Shown here piece by piece: positions 1 to 8,956 of a stretch of 64,000 nucleotides of DNA (position 1 is its first letter; the number at the start of each line of letters is the position of its first letter). This DNA comes from Candidatus Sulfobium sp. GTDB lineage: Bacteria; Nitrospirota; Thermodesulfovibrionia; Thermodesulfovibrionales; UBA6898. The notes beneath the pieces are model-generated. The model saw nothing but the letters and a program-made list of their open reading frames with translations, was not told the origin of the DNA and ran no database searches. The translations under genes were made by a program, and so were the position numbers. Location of the stretch: NCBI GenBank assembly GCA_037380845.1, contig JARRRI010000013.1:1-64000 (forward strand), in the 5' to 3' direction.

Positions 1-329
1 GAAAAGAGGGGTCAAGCTCCGCCTCCTCAAACTACCTGATATCGCCGCTGAGGCTGTTCCTTCCCTGCACTCCGCTGCCCGGGCTTTTTTAACTTTTGAC
101 ATTAAGTCCGCTGTCTTGCGCCCTCGGGCCCCACAGAGGCTGATGACCGCCAAAAAGCTGCGCTGCAAAGGTGGTCGAAAAATGCTGGGCAACTGCTGCA
201 AAGGAACAGGCAGAACCGGCTTGCCGACCCGATATCAACATCCGGTTCAGTTTAACGCGCTTCCCGGGTTCAAACCGCCGTATTTACTAAGTGCTTTCAT
301 CGGCATAAAATATTGTTAAAAGATGGAGT

Positions 330-1526
330 ATGTCCATGAATAAGAAGCGGGCCTTCTTCAACAGTGCCATCGCACTTTATTTTATTATTGCGCTCGAAGT
401 CCTGATAATGATAAGCCCCTTTGCCGGCTTGTTTTATTCCGTCTTCAATCCCTTTCTGATCGAAACTGCAAAATATCCGGCCACCAGGTGGCTCAGTGCC
501 TTTTATATGCCCCATATGGTACTGCCTCGAGACTTGTTCCTTCAGTTTGTAAGGGTCACGGGTTCAGTCATGTTCATCGTTGGGGCAGCGACCTTCCTGG
601 CGTGCGCCGTTCAGATATACGCTGCCAAGTTAATGAAAAAGGGCGCTGTGCTTTCGGGGCTTTATTCCTGTATCCGTCATCCCCAGTATCTCGCGCTGGG
701 TATGGCGGGGCTGGGACTGGCGATTCTCTGGCCAAGGTTCCTGACCATCATCCTGTGGCTCCTCATGATATTCGTATATTATGCGCTTGCGAAAGACGAA
801 GAGCGCAGGATGCTGAGCGCTTACCGGGAAACCTACGGCCTGTACATGAAAGAAACGGGAATGTTTCTGCCGAAGGGAATTGAAAGGCTGCTCTCACCCT
901 CCTCACGGATCGGAAAAGCCGCTCTTGCTTGCGGTATTTCCGGTTTTTTCCTGGGCGGGGCATTTCTGATGCGGGCATACACCATCGACACTCTTACGCT
1001 ATGGACCGGGGCGCAAAAATTTACGGCTGTAGCCGTACTTCCGGAAGACGGCTTTAAGATGGACCACCGCATGGGCGACATCCTTGCTCTGCCTGAAGTG
1101 CGGAGGGAAATTCAGGACAAGAAATATTATCTCGTTTATTTTATCCCGAGAGACTATATCATGCAGGGAATGATCGCCGACACGGGTCCGGAATGGAAGC
1201 TGTTCAGGCAACATCACTCAATTTCCATGATCACTGACTGGATATTCCATCCTTTCAGTCATCTGCGGGAAGGACACCACGCAATGCACGGTGGAATGCA
1301 TATGCATCGGGATGATTCAGCGATGAGCGGCGGCATTTTCCGGCGACTCATTTTCTTATCAATAGAAGGTGTAGATGTGAATTCTCCGGCCGACCTTTTC
1401 TCTATCAACGCTTTGCGCGTGCCACAGTTCATGGTGGATGTGGATATCCATAATCTGAAACTGATAGACGTTAAAGACCTTCCCCACGGGAGCGGATGGG
1501 GAACGGTGCCCACACCGACATTTTGA
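330..1526 (+). CDS. Membrane methyltransferase (ICMT/PEMT-like) with a long C-terminal domain of unknown function
   Basis: Several TM helices with the G-LY--IRHPQY...EE motif; C-terminal His/Met-rich patch HHAMHGGMHMH. Confidence 0.7.
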   Translation: MSMNKKRAFFNSAIALYFIIALEVLIMISPFAGLFYSVFNPFLIETAKYPATRWLSAFYMPHMVLPRDLFLQFVRVTGSVMFIVGAATFLACAVQIYAAKLMKKGAVLSGLYSCIRHPQYLALGMAGLGLAILWPRFLTIILWLLMIFVYYALAKDEERRMLSAYRETYGLYMKETGMFLPKGIERLLSPSSRIGKAALACGISGFFLGGAFLMRAYTIDTLTLWTGAQKFTAVAVLPEDGFKMDHRMGDILALPEVRREIQDKKYYLVYFIPRDYIMQGMIADTGPEWKLFRQHHSISMITDWIFHPFSHLREGHHAMHGGMHMHRDDSAMSGGIFRRLIFLSIEGVDVNSPADLFSINALRVPQFMVDVDIHNLKLIDVKDLPHGSGWGTVPTPTF

Positions 1527-1587
1527 CCATTGAGTAAGAAGGCAAAAGAAGCGACTTCACTGCGAGTAGGAGAAAACATTTTGCTTC

Positions 1588-2386
1588 TCACACCTGTCGA
1601 AAAGACATCTTCAGTTCATATGTCCCGGCGTCTGCGCTTTTTTCCATTGCGAAGCCCGTATTTTCGAAGAGGTGGAGCATCTTCTCGTTTTCCCTGAGGA
1701 CCTCGGCCGTAAAGCCGTGTAATCCGTTCTTCCTCGCCAGCTGCGTGAGGTATGTAAGAAGCTCCCGTCCTATGCCCATATTCTGATACTCATCACGCAC
1801 CACAAATGCCACCTCCGCCGTGTGAGTCTCCTCGTATCCCACCTGTATCGTGTCCCCGTTGCGGACAATCTGTGAAACGTACTTCCCGATCCTTTGAGTA
1901 ATGTCATCAGGCGACCTCGCCTCGAACTCGATCAATGGCTCGTCCCGGGGAATGATGAAGTCGATGTCCCTCATATGAAAGAAGGTATCACCGTGCACGC
2001 GCGGCATATTTGCGTTAATCTGGGCGATTGTCAGGGCTGCGTTGTCCGCCGCGGCCTTGACAATGTCCACACTTATGTCGAGGCTCATGTAGCCATGAGC
2101 ATCAGGCGGTGACATCTGCAGGAGCGCAACATCGACGGGCACGATCTTCCTGTCGAACAGGTCGGGCACCGCCGATAAGAATATCGGCGTATAATCCGCC
2201 AGCCCGCTGTTTACTGCAGCCCTCATGCAGGGCACGCAGCAGGTACTGGGGTTCTCCGCATCCCGTACCGATAAAGATCCTGTCCCCTGCATGGATCGAG
2301 CTGAAAGCCCGTTCCTCCGGCAAGAACTTCTCGGGATAGGCCCTTTTCAGCTCCTCAATATTCGTAATGCCTTCCGAAAAACCCAT
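1588..2386 (-). pseudogene. Acetyl-CoA hydrolase/transferase-GNAT fusion, internally deleted and frameshifted
   Basis: N-terminal GDRIFIGTGCGEP in frame 2102..2386; continuation ADYTPIFLS...SPPDAHG...MPRVHGD...GDTIQVG in frame 1588..2292, which jumps straight to a GNAT C-terminus (AEVAFVVRDEYQNMGIG). Confidence 0.8.
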
Positions 2387-2533
2387 CGGTTACCCCCTTT
2401 TTCCCTAAAATTATATCACCGGGAAATGCCTCTCTTTAATCTTTTCGAAAGTGCTGCGCCCTCATGAGGGGCTCAGGCAGTTGACGCCTGAATTCAGGTA
2501 TGATAGTTTGAATCGGGAACAAAGAGCGGAGAA

Positions 2534-3706
2534 TTGAAGAAAGACCATTTCGACGTAATTATCGCAGGCGGCGGGCCGGCGGGTTCGGCGGCCGCTTACA
2601 CCCTGGCAGCCCGGGGGATTGACGTATGCGTGGTCGACAAGTGCATCTTCCCCCGCGACAAACTCTGCGGCGGACTCTTGACTCTTCGCAGCAAGAAGAT
2701 CTTTGACCGGGTCTTCGGAGTTTCCTGGGACCCTGTAATAGATGCGGTTTCAAGGGGGGTGGTTTTCTATCACAAGGACCGTTTTCTGAACTCCGTCCTG
2801 GATTATAAGGACCTCTATTTTACACGACGTTACAACTTTGATAACTACCTGCTGGGTCTGGTTAAAAAAATGAACGCCACCGTGTTTCTCGGAAACGATG
2901 TCAGGAATATCGATCTTGACGGCAGAAAGGTTGCCCTGGGTAACGGCGTCTCGCTGAGCTATAAGTACCTCATCGGCGCTGATGGGGTGAACAGCCGCGT
3001 TGCCGGGGCGTTGTTCGGCAGATTTTTCGATAAGTCGACTCTTGCTTATGGCTTGGAAATGGAGGTCCCCATTACCGGCAGGGTGCCCCGGATAGTCGAC
3101 CCGGAAATCTATTTTGGTTTCGTAAAATGGGGATATGGATGGGTATTCCCCAAAAAGGAGACCCTGACTGTCGGGATCAGCGGTTTGCATGGGAAGGCCC
3201 CGGACCTTGGAAAGAGTTTTGCTGAATTCATAAGGATGAGGTTTGGGGACATGCCGGAGGCTCAACTGAAGGGACATTATATACCCTTTGGAAATTATCG
3301 AAGACGGCCGGGGCGGGACAATGTTCTTCTCTGCGGCGATGCAGCCGGATTGGCCGACCCTATTACGGGCGAGGGGATAGCGTTTGCGATGCAAAGCGGA
3401 CATCACGCGGCGCTTTCGGTAATGGAAGACCTGCAGAGGAAGAGGTCGAAAGGAGCTCTTGGTTTATACATGGAAAGATGCAGAAGCATCACCAGGGCGT
3501 TGGATCGTGCAAGGATGCTCCGAACCCTGATATTTCCCGAAATAAGTCAACATCTCTTCATATCGGTATTTCCAAAGACAAGGAGTGTCGCGAGAAAACA
3601 CATGGATCTCATGGCCGATGAGATCGAATACGGTCAATATATGCGCTTCATAATGGCAGGTATCGGCAAGTACGTCGTTAAGAAAATCGTCCCCCCCGTG
3701 CGCTGA
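2534..3706 (+). CDS. Geranylgeranyl reductase family FAD-dependent oxidoreductase
   Basis: GGGPAGS, FPRDKLCGG, GADG, GYGWVFPK and GDAAG...GEGI motifs; TTG start. Confidence 0.85.
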   Translation: MKKDHFDVIIAGGGPAGSAAAYTLAARGIDVCVVDKCIFPRDKLCGGLLTLRSKKIFDRVFGVSWDPVIDAVSRGVVFYHKDRFLNSVLDYKDLYFTRRYNFDNYLLGLVKKMNATVFLGNDVRNIDLDGRKVALGNGVSLSYKYLIGADGVNSRVAGALFGRFFDKSTLAYGLEMEVPITGRVPRIVDPEIYFGFVKWGYGWVFPKKETLTVGISGLHGKAPDLGKSFAEFIRMRFGDMPEAQLKGHYIPFGNYRRRPGRDNVLLCGDAAGLADPITGEGIAFAMQSGHHAALSVMEDLQRKRSKGALGLYMERCRSITRALDRARMLRTLIFPEISQHLFISVFPKTRSVARKHMDLMADEIEYGQYMRFIMAGIGKYVVKKIVPPVR

Positions 3707-3827
3707 TCAGGTATGCACGTTATGCCGGTATGTCGATGTGGGGGCGTTGGTAGTGGTCGCAGGCCGAGGGGACACCTTTAAGCCAGGGCACACGTGGGGG
3801 CTCCTGTCCCGATCCTAAAATTACAAC

Positions 3828-3856
3828 TTGACACATAAAATGTTCAGCGGTACAAC
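3828..3856 (+). promoter_or_regulatory. Sigma70-type promoter upstream of the riboswitch
   Basis: TTGACA-17 nt-TACAAC. Confidence 0.6.
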
Positions 3857-3874
3857 AAAACTAAGAAGGGGTGC

Positions 3875-3960
3875 GATCCCGATAAAGCCAAACCCTCCGT
3901 GAGGAGGGGACAGAAAGCGGCGGGTCTTAATAGCTAAGATGGCCGAGCTGCCGAAGGTGA
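3875..3960 (+). ncRNA. Cyclic di-GMP-I (GEMM) riboswitch aptamer
   Basis: GATAAAGCCAAACCCTCC-GTGA-GGAGGGGACAGAAAGC...GCCGAGCTGCCGAA matches the GEMM-I layout (GNRA-capped P2, GAAA junction, 3' GCCGA). Confidence 0.85.
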
Positions 3961-3985
3961 GCCTTTGGTAAGCTCGGCCTTTTTA
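3941..3985 (+). terminator. Intrinsic terminator (riboswitch expression platform)
   Basis: GGCCGAGCT...AGCTCGGCC stem followed by a T-tract; overlaps the 3' strand of the aptamer. Confidence 0.8.
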
Positions 3986-4062
3986 TTGGATGTGAGGGGG
4001 GATGAGCAGAGTGCTCAGACCATCGTGACAAAGGTCGTTTTTAACAGCGAAAGGGGGACGTC

Positions 4063-4614
4063 ATGCTGGGCAGAATAGTAAGTGCAGCAGGCATAGTATT
4101 TGTATTTTTCATGGCAGCCGCTACGGCAGATATCGCGGAGGGGAAAGATTTTACGCACGGGACTGTGGTGGTCGCCATGGGAGGCGGCTCCATCGAAGAT
4201 GTGGCATTTCAAACCGGTCAGTCAGGGGACGCGACCTTCTCGTTTTTCGTCGGCTACGACAAAATGGGCAATCTGAAAGGATCTTTCTTTGTCAAGCGCG
4301 TTTTTCTCGCCTCCGGGGCCAGGGCCGCCATCAGCACCGAGATAACAGACCTCGCGGTGCAGCAGGGAGACTGCACCTGGGTGACGATGAGCGGCGTCGC
4401 CAGGTTCAAGGCGACCTGGGTACCCAAGCCTGTGCCAGACCACACATTCACTCTCGAAGCCTGGAACTGTGACAGTCTTGACGATGGTGTCGACATGATC
4501 TGGTTTGAGGTGAGACGTCCCAACGGCAGTTCAAGGCCGGCGCTCTCGCTTGAGGCCCCGACCGCCCTGAATGGCGGGAACGTCATGATACCGTACCCGT
4601 ACGATTTACCGTGA
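4063..4614 (+). CDS. Secreted hypothetical protein under riboswitch control
   Basis: 183-aa ORF with SD, signal peptide ending ATA, beta-rich sequence, two Cys. Confidence 0.7.
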   Translation: MLGRIVSAAGIVFVFFMAAATADIAEGKDFTHGTVVVAMGGGSIEDVAFQTGQSGDATFSFFVGYDKMGNLKGSFFVKRVFLASGARAAISTEITDLAVQQGDCTWVTMSGVARFKATWVPKPVPDHTFTLEAWNCDSLDDGVDMIWFEVRRPNGSSRPALSLEAPTALNGGNVMIPYPYDLP

Positions 4615-4656
4615 CCCGGTTTAACGGCAGCGGTAGGGGACAGGCTACCCAAGAAT

Positions 4657-4689
4657 AAACAGGGACACATTCTGAATGTGTCCCTGTTT
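4657..4689. repeat. Palindromic REP-like hairpin with GGGACA core
   Basis: AAACAGGGACACATTC-T-GAATGTGTCCCTGTTT perfect 16-bp inverted repeat; related GGGGACAGGCTAC at 4636-4648 and a near reverse complement at about 5387-5410. Confidence 0.65.
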
Positions 4690-4786
4690 TCCCTGTTTTA
4701 GCAGCAGCTGTTTAAAAAATCAGTCCATTTCGGTCACTAGGCCGCAAGTTTCGCATACAAACCTGACAATAATTTAACCAGGTTTA

Positions 4787-5089
4787 CTATCCCTCATTTC
4801 GCTTTCCGGTAAGAGTATGAAGCGCTGTGCTGATAAGCCAGCCACCGGTCGCGGCGACAGTGATGAACATGGCGCCGGACGCGATCACTCCCATAGCCAT
4901 CGAGGCCGCTACGATCCACCTCGAAAATATTCCCGCCGTGAGGGGCTGTCCGAGGAGGATGCCGGCGACATCGAGGCCGATGGAACGGCCCGGGTATGAA
5001 CCGGGAAGCAGTCCGAATATTACGAAAAGCACTGTTCCGCACCCTGCCAGCATGTACGCAAGCCTTTTCAACAATCCCGTCTCTCTCAT
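4787..5089 (-). CDS. Small Gly-rich membrane protein of unknown function
   Basis: SD AGGAGG then ATG at 5089; hydrophobic LFVIFGLLPGS...G segments. Confidence 0.7.
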   Translation of the reverse strand: MRETGLLKRLAYMLAGCGTVLFVIFGLLPGSYPGRSIGLDVAGILLGQPLTAGIFSRWIVAASMAMGVIASGAMFITVAATGGWLISTALHTLTGKRNEG

Positions 5090-5126
5090 GGTAGTCGCCT
5101 CCTGCCGTTTAATTGCAAACACATCT

Positions 5127-5142
5127 CGCACTATTCATGCCA
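5127..5142 (-). promoter_or_regulatory. Sigma54 (-24/-12) promoter
   Basis: Minus strand reads TGGCATGAATAGTGCG (GG-N10-GC), about 40 nt upstream of the membrane-protein gene. Confidence 0.6.
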
Positions 5143-5675
5143 GGTCTAACATGATGATTCCAAACGATTGTAGGCCCGCCCGCCATCGCATCGCCGCAAA
5201 TCCTCTTTGCAGGATTGCAAAAAAGAGGTGAAATTACGATGTGGGTGCGGAGCTCATCCCTCCAGTGCATGCGTACGCCAGGGACCGGCGTAGCGGAAGA
5301 TATAAAAAGAAAGGTGACAGAGGACTGCTCACCGAACGCCGTAGTAGCAGCGGGGTGACAAATTCTGCTGGCTACAAGCGGAAAACTAGTGCTGCCAGCT
5401 GTGCGTTGCCGAAAAAGTAGCCTGCCCCCTTTTGCAGGCCCCCACCAGCTGCCAGACTGTGTGGGATGGCATAGCTGGAGAACCGGAACTCCTTCTTAAT
5501 CGGTCCTTCCCGATAGTTTCCGCTGATCGAAACCTGTTGCGATTTCGAAAAAATCAGCGTGCAACAATGAGCTTAAAGCCGCTATTGACAGCGTGCCAGA
5601 TCTGTGCTATTTAGTTATGAAGGAGACATTCTGACGCTCGGACGTCTGATGGCGCTCCTGCCTTTTGGAATAACG

Positions 5676-5715
5676 GGCAACTTCGGGAGGACACTATTCC
5701 CTTGTTGCTTTTTTT
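5676..5715 (+). terminator. Intrinsic terminator in the leader of the FNR-family gene
   Basis: GGCAAC..GGGAG / TTCCC..GTTGCT stem followed by a T-tract. Confidence 0.55.
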
Positions 5716-5751
5716 AGAAATTCACGCAGTGATCATCACGAAGGGAACACA

Positions 5752-6465
5752 ATGCGCATTCGTTTGAAGGAACGCCGACCCGAAACAACTGACGTGATGT
5801 CGTTCATTTTCGACTTGGGCGGGCAACAGCTTGAATACAAGCCCGGGCAGATCTTGCATTATGAATTGGATTCCCTTGCATTCCCTGATGAACGCGGTCC
5901 TCGCAGACATTTCACTATTTCAAGTTCGCCGACAGAAGAAGGGATCGTGATGTTCACAACGAGAATGCGGGGCAGCGGTTTCAAGGAAACACTGCGTAAC
6001 GCGCCGGCAGGATACGAACTCACCTGCGAATCGCCCGAGGGAGAATTTATCATGGGGGAGGGGGAGACCCGCCTGCGCCATGTCTTTATTGCGGCAGGAA
6101 TAGGCATAACGCCTTACAGGTCGATCCTGCGCTACGCCGTAGACAGGAACGAGCCTCTCAACGTGCTCATGTTGTACTTCAACCGTTCGTCAGCTGACAT
6201 AGTTTTCCGTCATGAATTCGAAGGGATAGCGAGGCAGATGCCGACGTTTTCGTTTGTGAACGTGCTCACGGAGCCCGAAGAAAGCTGGGAGGGCGAACAG
6301 GGGAAATTGAGTCCGGAGCTGCTGCGTAAATTATTGCCGGCCCCGGACGGAATATCTTTCTGGGTGAGCGGCCCCCCGCCCATGGTGGGCGCTTGCAGGG
6401 AGTTACTCGAACAGTTGGGTGTTAAGGATCAGAGCATCCGTACTGATCGATTTATGGGATATTAG
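5752..6465 (+). CDS. Ferredoxin-NADP reductase family FAD/NAD(P)-binding oxidoreductase
   Basis: YKPGQ, RHFTISSSP, AAGIGITP and SGPPPMV motifs. Confidence 0.85.
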   Translation: MRIRLKERRPETTDVMSFIFDLGGQQLEYKPGQILHYELDSLAFPDERGPRRHFTISSSPTEEGIVMFTTRMRGSGFKETLRNAPAGYELTCESPEGEFIMGEGETRLRHVFIAAGIGITPYRSILRYAVDRNEPLNVLMLYFNRSSADIVFRHEFEGIARQMPTFSFVNVLTEPEESWEGEQGKLSPELLRKLLPAPDGISFWVSGPPPMVGACRELLEQLGVKDQSIRTDRFMGY

Positions 6466-6530
6466 GTCCTTCGGGCGCAAAGCCCGGGCAGGCTGTAAAG
6501 ACAACCTTAACCGATCGAAAGGAGGATAGC

Positions 6531-6698
6531 ATGTGTTACACATGTGGTTGCGGTAATCCGGACGACAGCATGGGCAATCCGAAGAATATCACCAATAAGA
6601 CATTTGAGGAAGCGGCGAAGGCTGCTGGCGAGACGCCCGAAGAGGCAAAGAAAAACGCACTCAAACTTCTCAAGAAACTGTTGAAGGAAGAAAAATAG
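6531..6698 (+). CDS. 55-aa Cys-motif microprotein (MCYTCGCG...), below the ORF-track cutoff
   Basis: Strong SD AAAGGAGG; open frame MCYTCGCGNPDDSMGNPKNITNKTFEEAAKAAGETPEEAKKNALKLLKKLLKEEK*. Confidence 0.75.
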   Translation: MCYTCGCGNPDDSMGNPKNITNKTFEEAAKAAGETPEEAKKNALKLLKKLLKEEK

Positions 6699-6740
6699 AA
6701 TTCCACCGACATCGTTTCGGTGGGTTAAGTGGGGACACAT

Positions 6741-6925
6741 CCGAATGGCGCTGGTTAAGGATTTGGCCATGAGAAAAGCATCAAATACCGCCCTAGCCGA
6801 AGCCACCGCAAATCCTTATGCAAGGGAGGAAATCCCGGGTGCTGACGTCCACCAGGCATGAATTTGGATAGATTGCTTACAGGAGCATAATCTATGCTGC
6901 TACAGCCTAACCTAGCGCCATTCGG
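6741..6925. mobile_element. MITE-like non-autonomous element, copy 1
   Basis: TIRs CCGAATGGCGCT / AGCGCCATTCGG; 7-bp direct repeat GACACAT on both sides. Confidence 0.8.
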
Positions 6926-7257
6926 GACACATTCCATTTTTTCAACGTGATTCCCTTTTAGGTCTCCCCTTTAGGCGCAATCGCTCAATCTCTTTCCTGG
7001 GCGCATCTGTTTGCAGCAGAAGGATATAGTCCTCTCGCCTGTCATCTGTAAGAAGGTCCCCTCACAAAACACCGTCCGCCCTGCCGTTGACGTGTGTTGC
7101 GGCAGTTGAATAGAGATAGTCTTCAGCTCTTTCTACCATCTCGGTCCGAACCGAGAAGAAACATAGGATCCCGATGGTCCGCATGGAGGGTAGATTGTCA
7201 GCAAATGAGATTTGACCCATTTTGCTGCCTACCTTCCGTGGTTGACCCTCGGAGTTT

Positions 7258-8253
7258 TTAGCGATTGACCGTATTCATTGCTGCTTCGGGGTAGCGCGTT
7301 CCGGCGGCGAAACCCATCGGTGCCGCTTCGGCGATGCGTCTGAGGTCGTCTTTGCTCAACTCAATCTCTAGGGCCCGCAGGTTCTCTTCGAGCCGGTCTC
7401 TCTGTTTGCTCCCGGGGATAGGGATGATGTCTTCGCCCTGCGCTAAAAGCCATGCAAGGGCCAGCTGTGCCGGCGTGCAGTCTTTCTCTTTTGCGATTAC
7501 CCCGATCTTATCAACCAGCTCCAGGTTGTGCTCGAAGTTGCCGCCCTGAAATCTCGGCATATGGCGGCGGTAATCGTCCGGTGCCAGGTCTGCCGGCTTC
7601 CTGAATGCCCCTGTTAAGAAACCGCGTCCGAGAGGGGAATAGGCAACGAGTGAAATGTCGAGTTCCCGGCAGGCCGGCAACAGGTCCTTCTCGGGCTCGC
7701 GCGTCCAGAGGCTGTATTCAGTCTGGAGCATCGCGATCGGATGGACTCTGCAGGCGCGATGGAGCGTCGACGAAGAAGCCTCGGAAAGCCCCGCGTAGCG
7801 GACCTTGCCTTCTTTCACCAGCTCGCCGAGTGTGCCCACCGTATCCTCGATCGGGACGTTCGGGTCGACGCGCGATGGATAATACAGGTCGATGTAATCG
7901 ACGCGAAGACGCTGCAGGCTGTAAGAGAGGAAATTTCTGATAGCAGCAGGGCGGCTGTCAAAACCGAGAAAATTGCCATCGTGGTTGCGTAAGGCGCCGA
8001 ATTTTACCGATATGAAGACGGCGCTGCGCGAAAAATCCCTGATCGCCTCGCGGATAAGCTCCTCGTTGTGACCGACTCCATAGAAATCGCCTGTGTCTAA
8101 AAGATTCACGCCGAGCTCGATCGCCCGTCGAATTGTGGCTATGCTTTCCGCATCGTTCGCCTTGCGTCCGTGGTAAAAATCCGACATCCCCATACAGCCC
8201 AATCCTAAAGCTGACACCCTGGCGCCGGTGCTGCCGAGATTGCGATATTTCAT
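7258..8253 (-). CDS. Aldo/keto reductase
   Basis: [36 protein letters not shown] and IPIPG motifs. Confidence 0.92.
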   Translation of the reverse strand: MKYRNLGSTGARVSALGLGCMGMSDFYHGRKANDAESIATIRRAIELGVNLLDTGDFYGVGHNEELIREAIRDFSRSAVFISVKFGALRNHDGNFLGFDSRPAAIRNFLSYSLQRLRVDYIDLYYPSRVDPNVPIEDTVGTLGELVKEGKVRYAGLSEASSSTLHRACRVHPIAMLQTEYSLWTREPEKDLLPACRELDISLVAYSPLGRGFLTGAFRKPADLAPDDYRRHMPRFQGGNFEHNLELVDKIGVIAKEKDCTPAQLALAWLLAQGEDIIPIPGSKQRDRLEENLRALEIELSKDDLRRIAEAAPMGFAAGTRYPEAAMNTVNR

Positions 8254-8335
8254 CGATTCAGCTCCTTTCATTCACCATACCTCTTATGCGTCTCCAAGTA
8301 TTGTAATCGAAGGGGGCATCTTGGGGTAAAATCTC

Positions 8336-8385
8336 ATGGCAAGACCGTTGCGCATCTGTATCCCAATGCCGTCTATCACGTCATT
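8336..8385 (+). pseudogene. N-terminal relic of a Y1 HUH (RAYT/IS200-like) transposase
   Basis: Translates as MARPLRI / frameshift / YPNAVYHVI, the typical start of this family; the remainder is absent. Confidence 0.6.
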
Positions 8386-8956
8386 TTGTTGCCATTGAAC
8401 CGGTCCATCCGGCAGTAGTCGGCAATAGCTGTCAAGGCCGACCGCTTCGCGGAGGCCCGCATGTTCGCATGTTTATTACGGCAGGAAGGTGTGTGCCGGT
8501 TCTCACCAGGAGGTGGACCCAGCTGCTTCCCGCCGAGTGACTTCCTCACAGTATCAAACGAGAGTTTCGATTGCCGATATCTGTTGAGTTTGCCCCGAAG
8601 TTTTGTAAGGTCGCGCCGGCTTCGAACCTTGATCGCGCCATGAGAGCTTGCTATGGGGATACTGCATGATTAAGCAGAAAAATCGAGAATATCACAATAA
8701 TAGTCTTAGCCAATCCTGCTAGTACAATAAATCAAAGGGGCCCTTATCAGTCTCACATGTACTGATCGAGGACAGGGGTTCCATATCGTAACAGTTCCTG
8801 ATAAATTAATAGAAAGAGCGGTAAATGGCTCCTGATGACAACTTGCGGGGATGCGGGCCTGAAGGTTCTCGATTCAGCAATGAGGTCAAGCATGGCGACA
8901 GGTAGGGAATGCATTCGGGTTCCCTCGGCTAACTCGCCTGATAAAGGAGGGAATAT

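Noticed and set aside
7040..7120. Second transposase relic on the minus strand
   Set aside because: Similarity to the RAYT FNxR..GxLxxGR motif is too weak to support by eye
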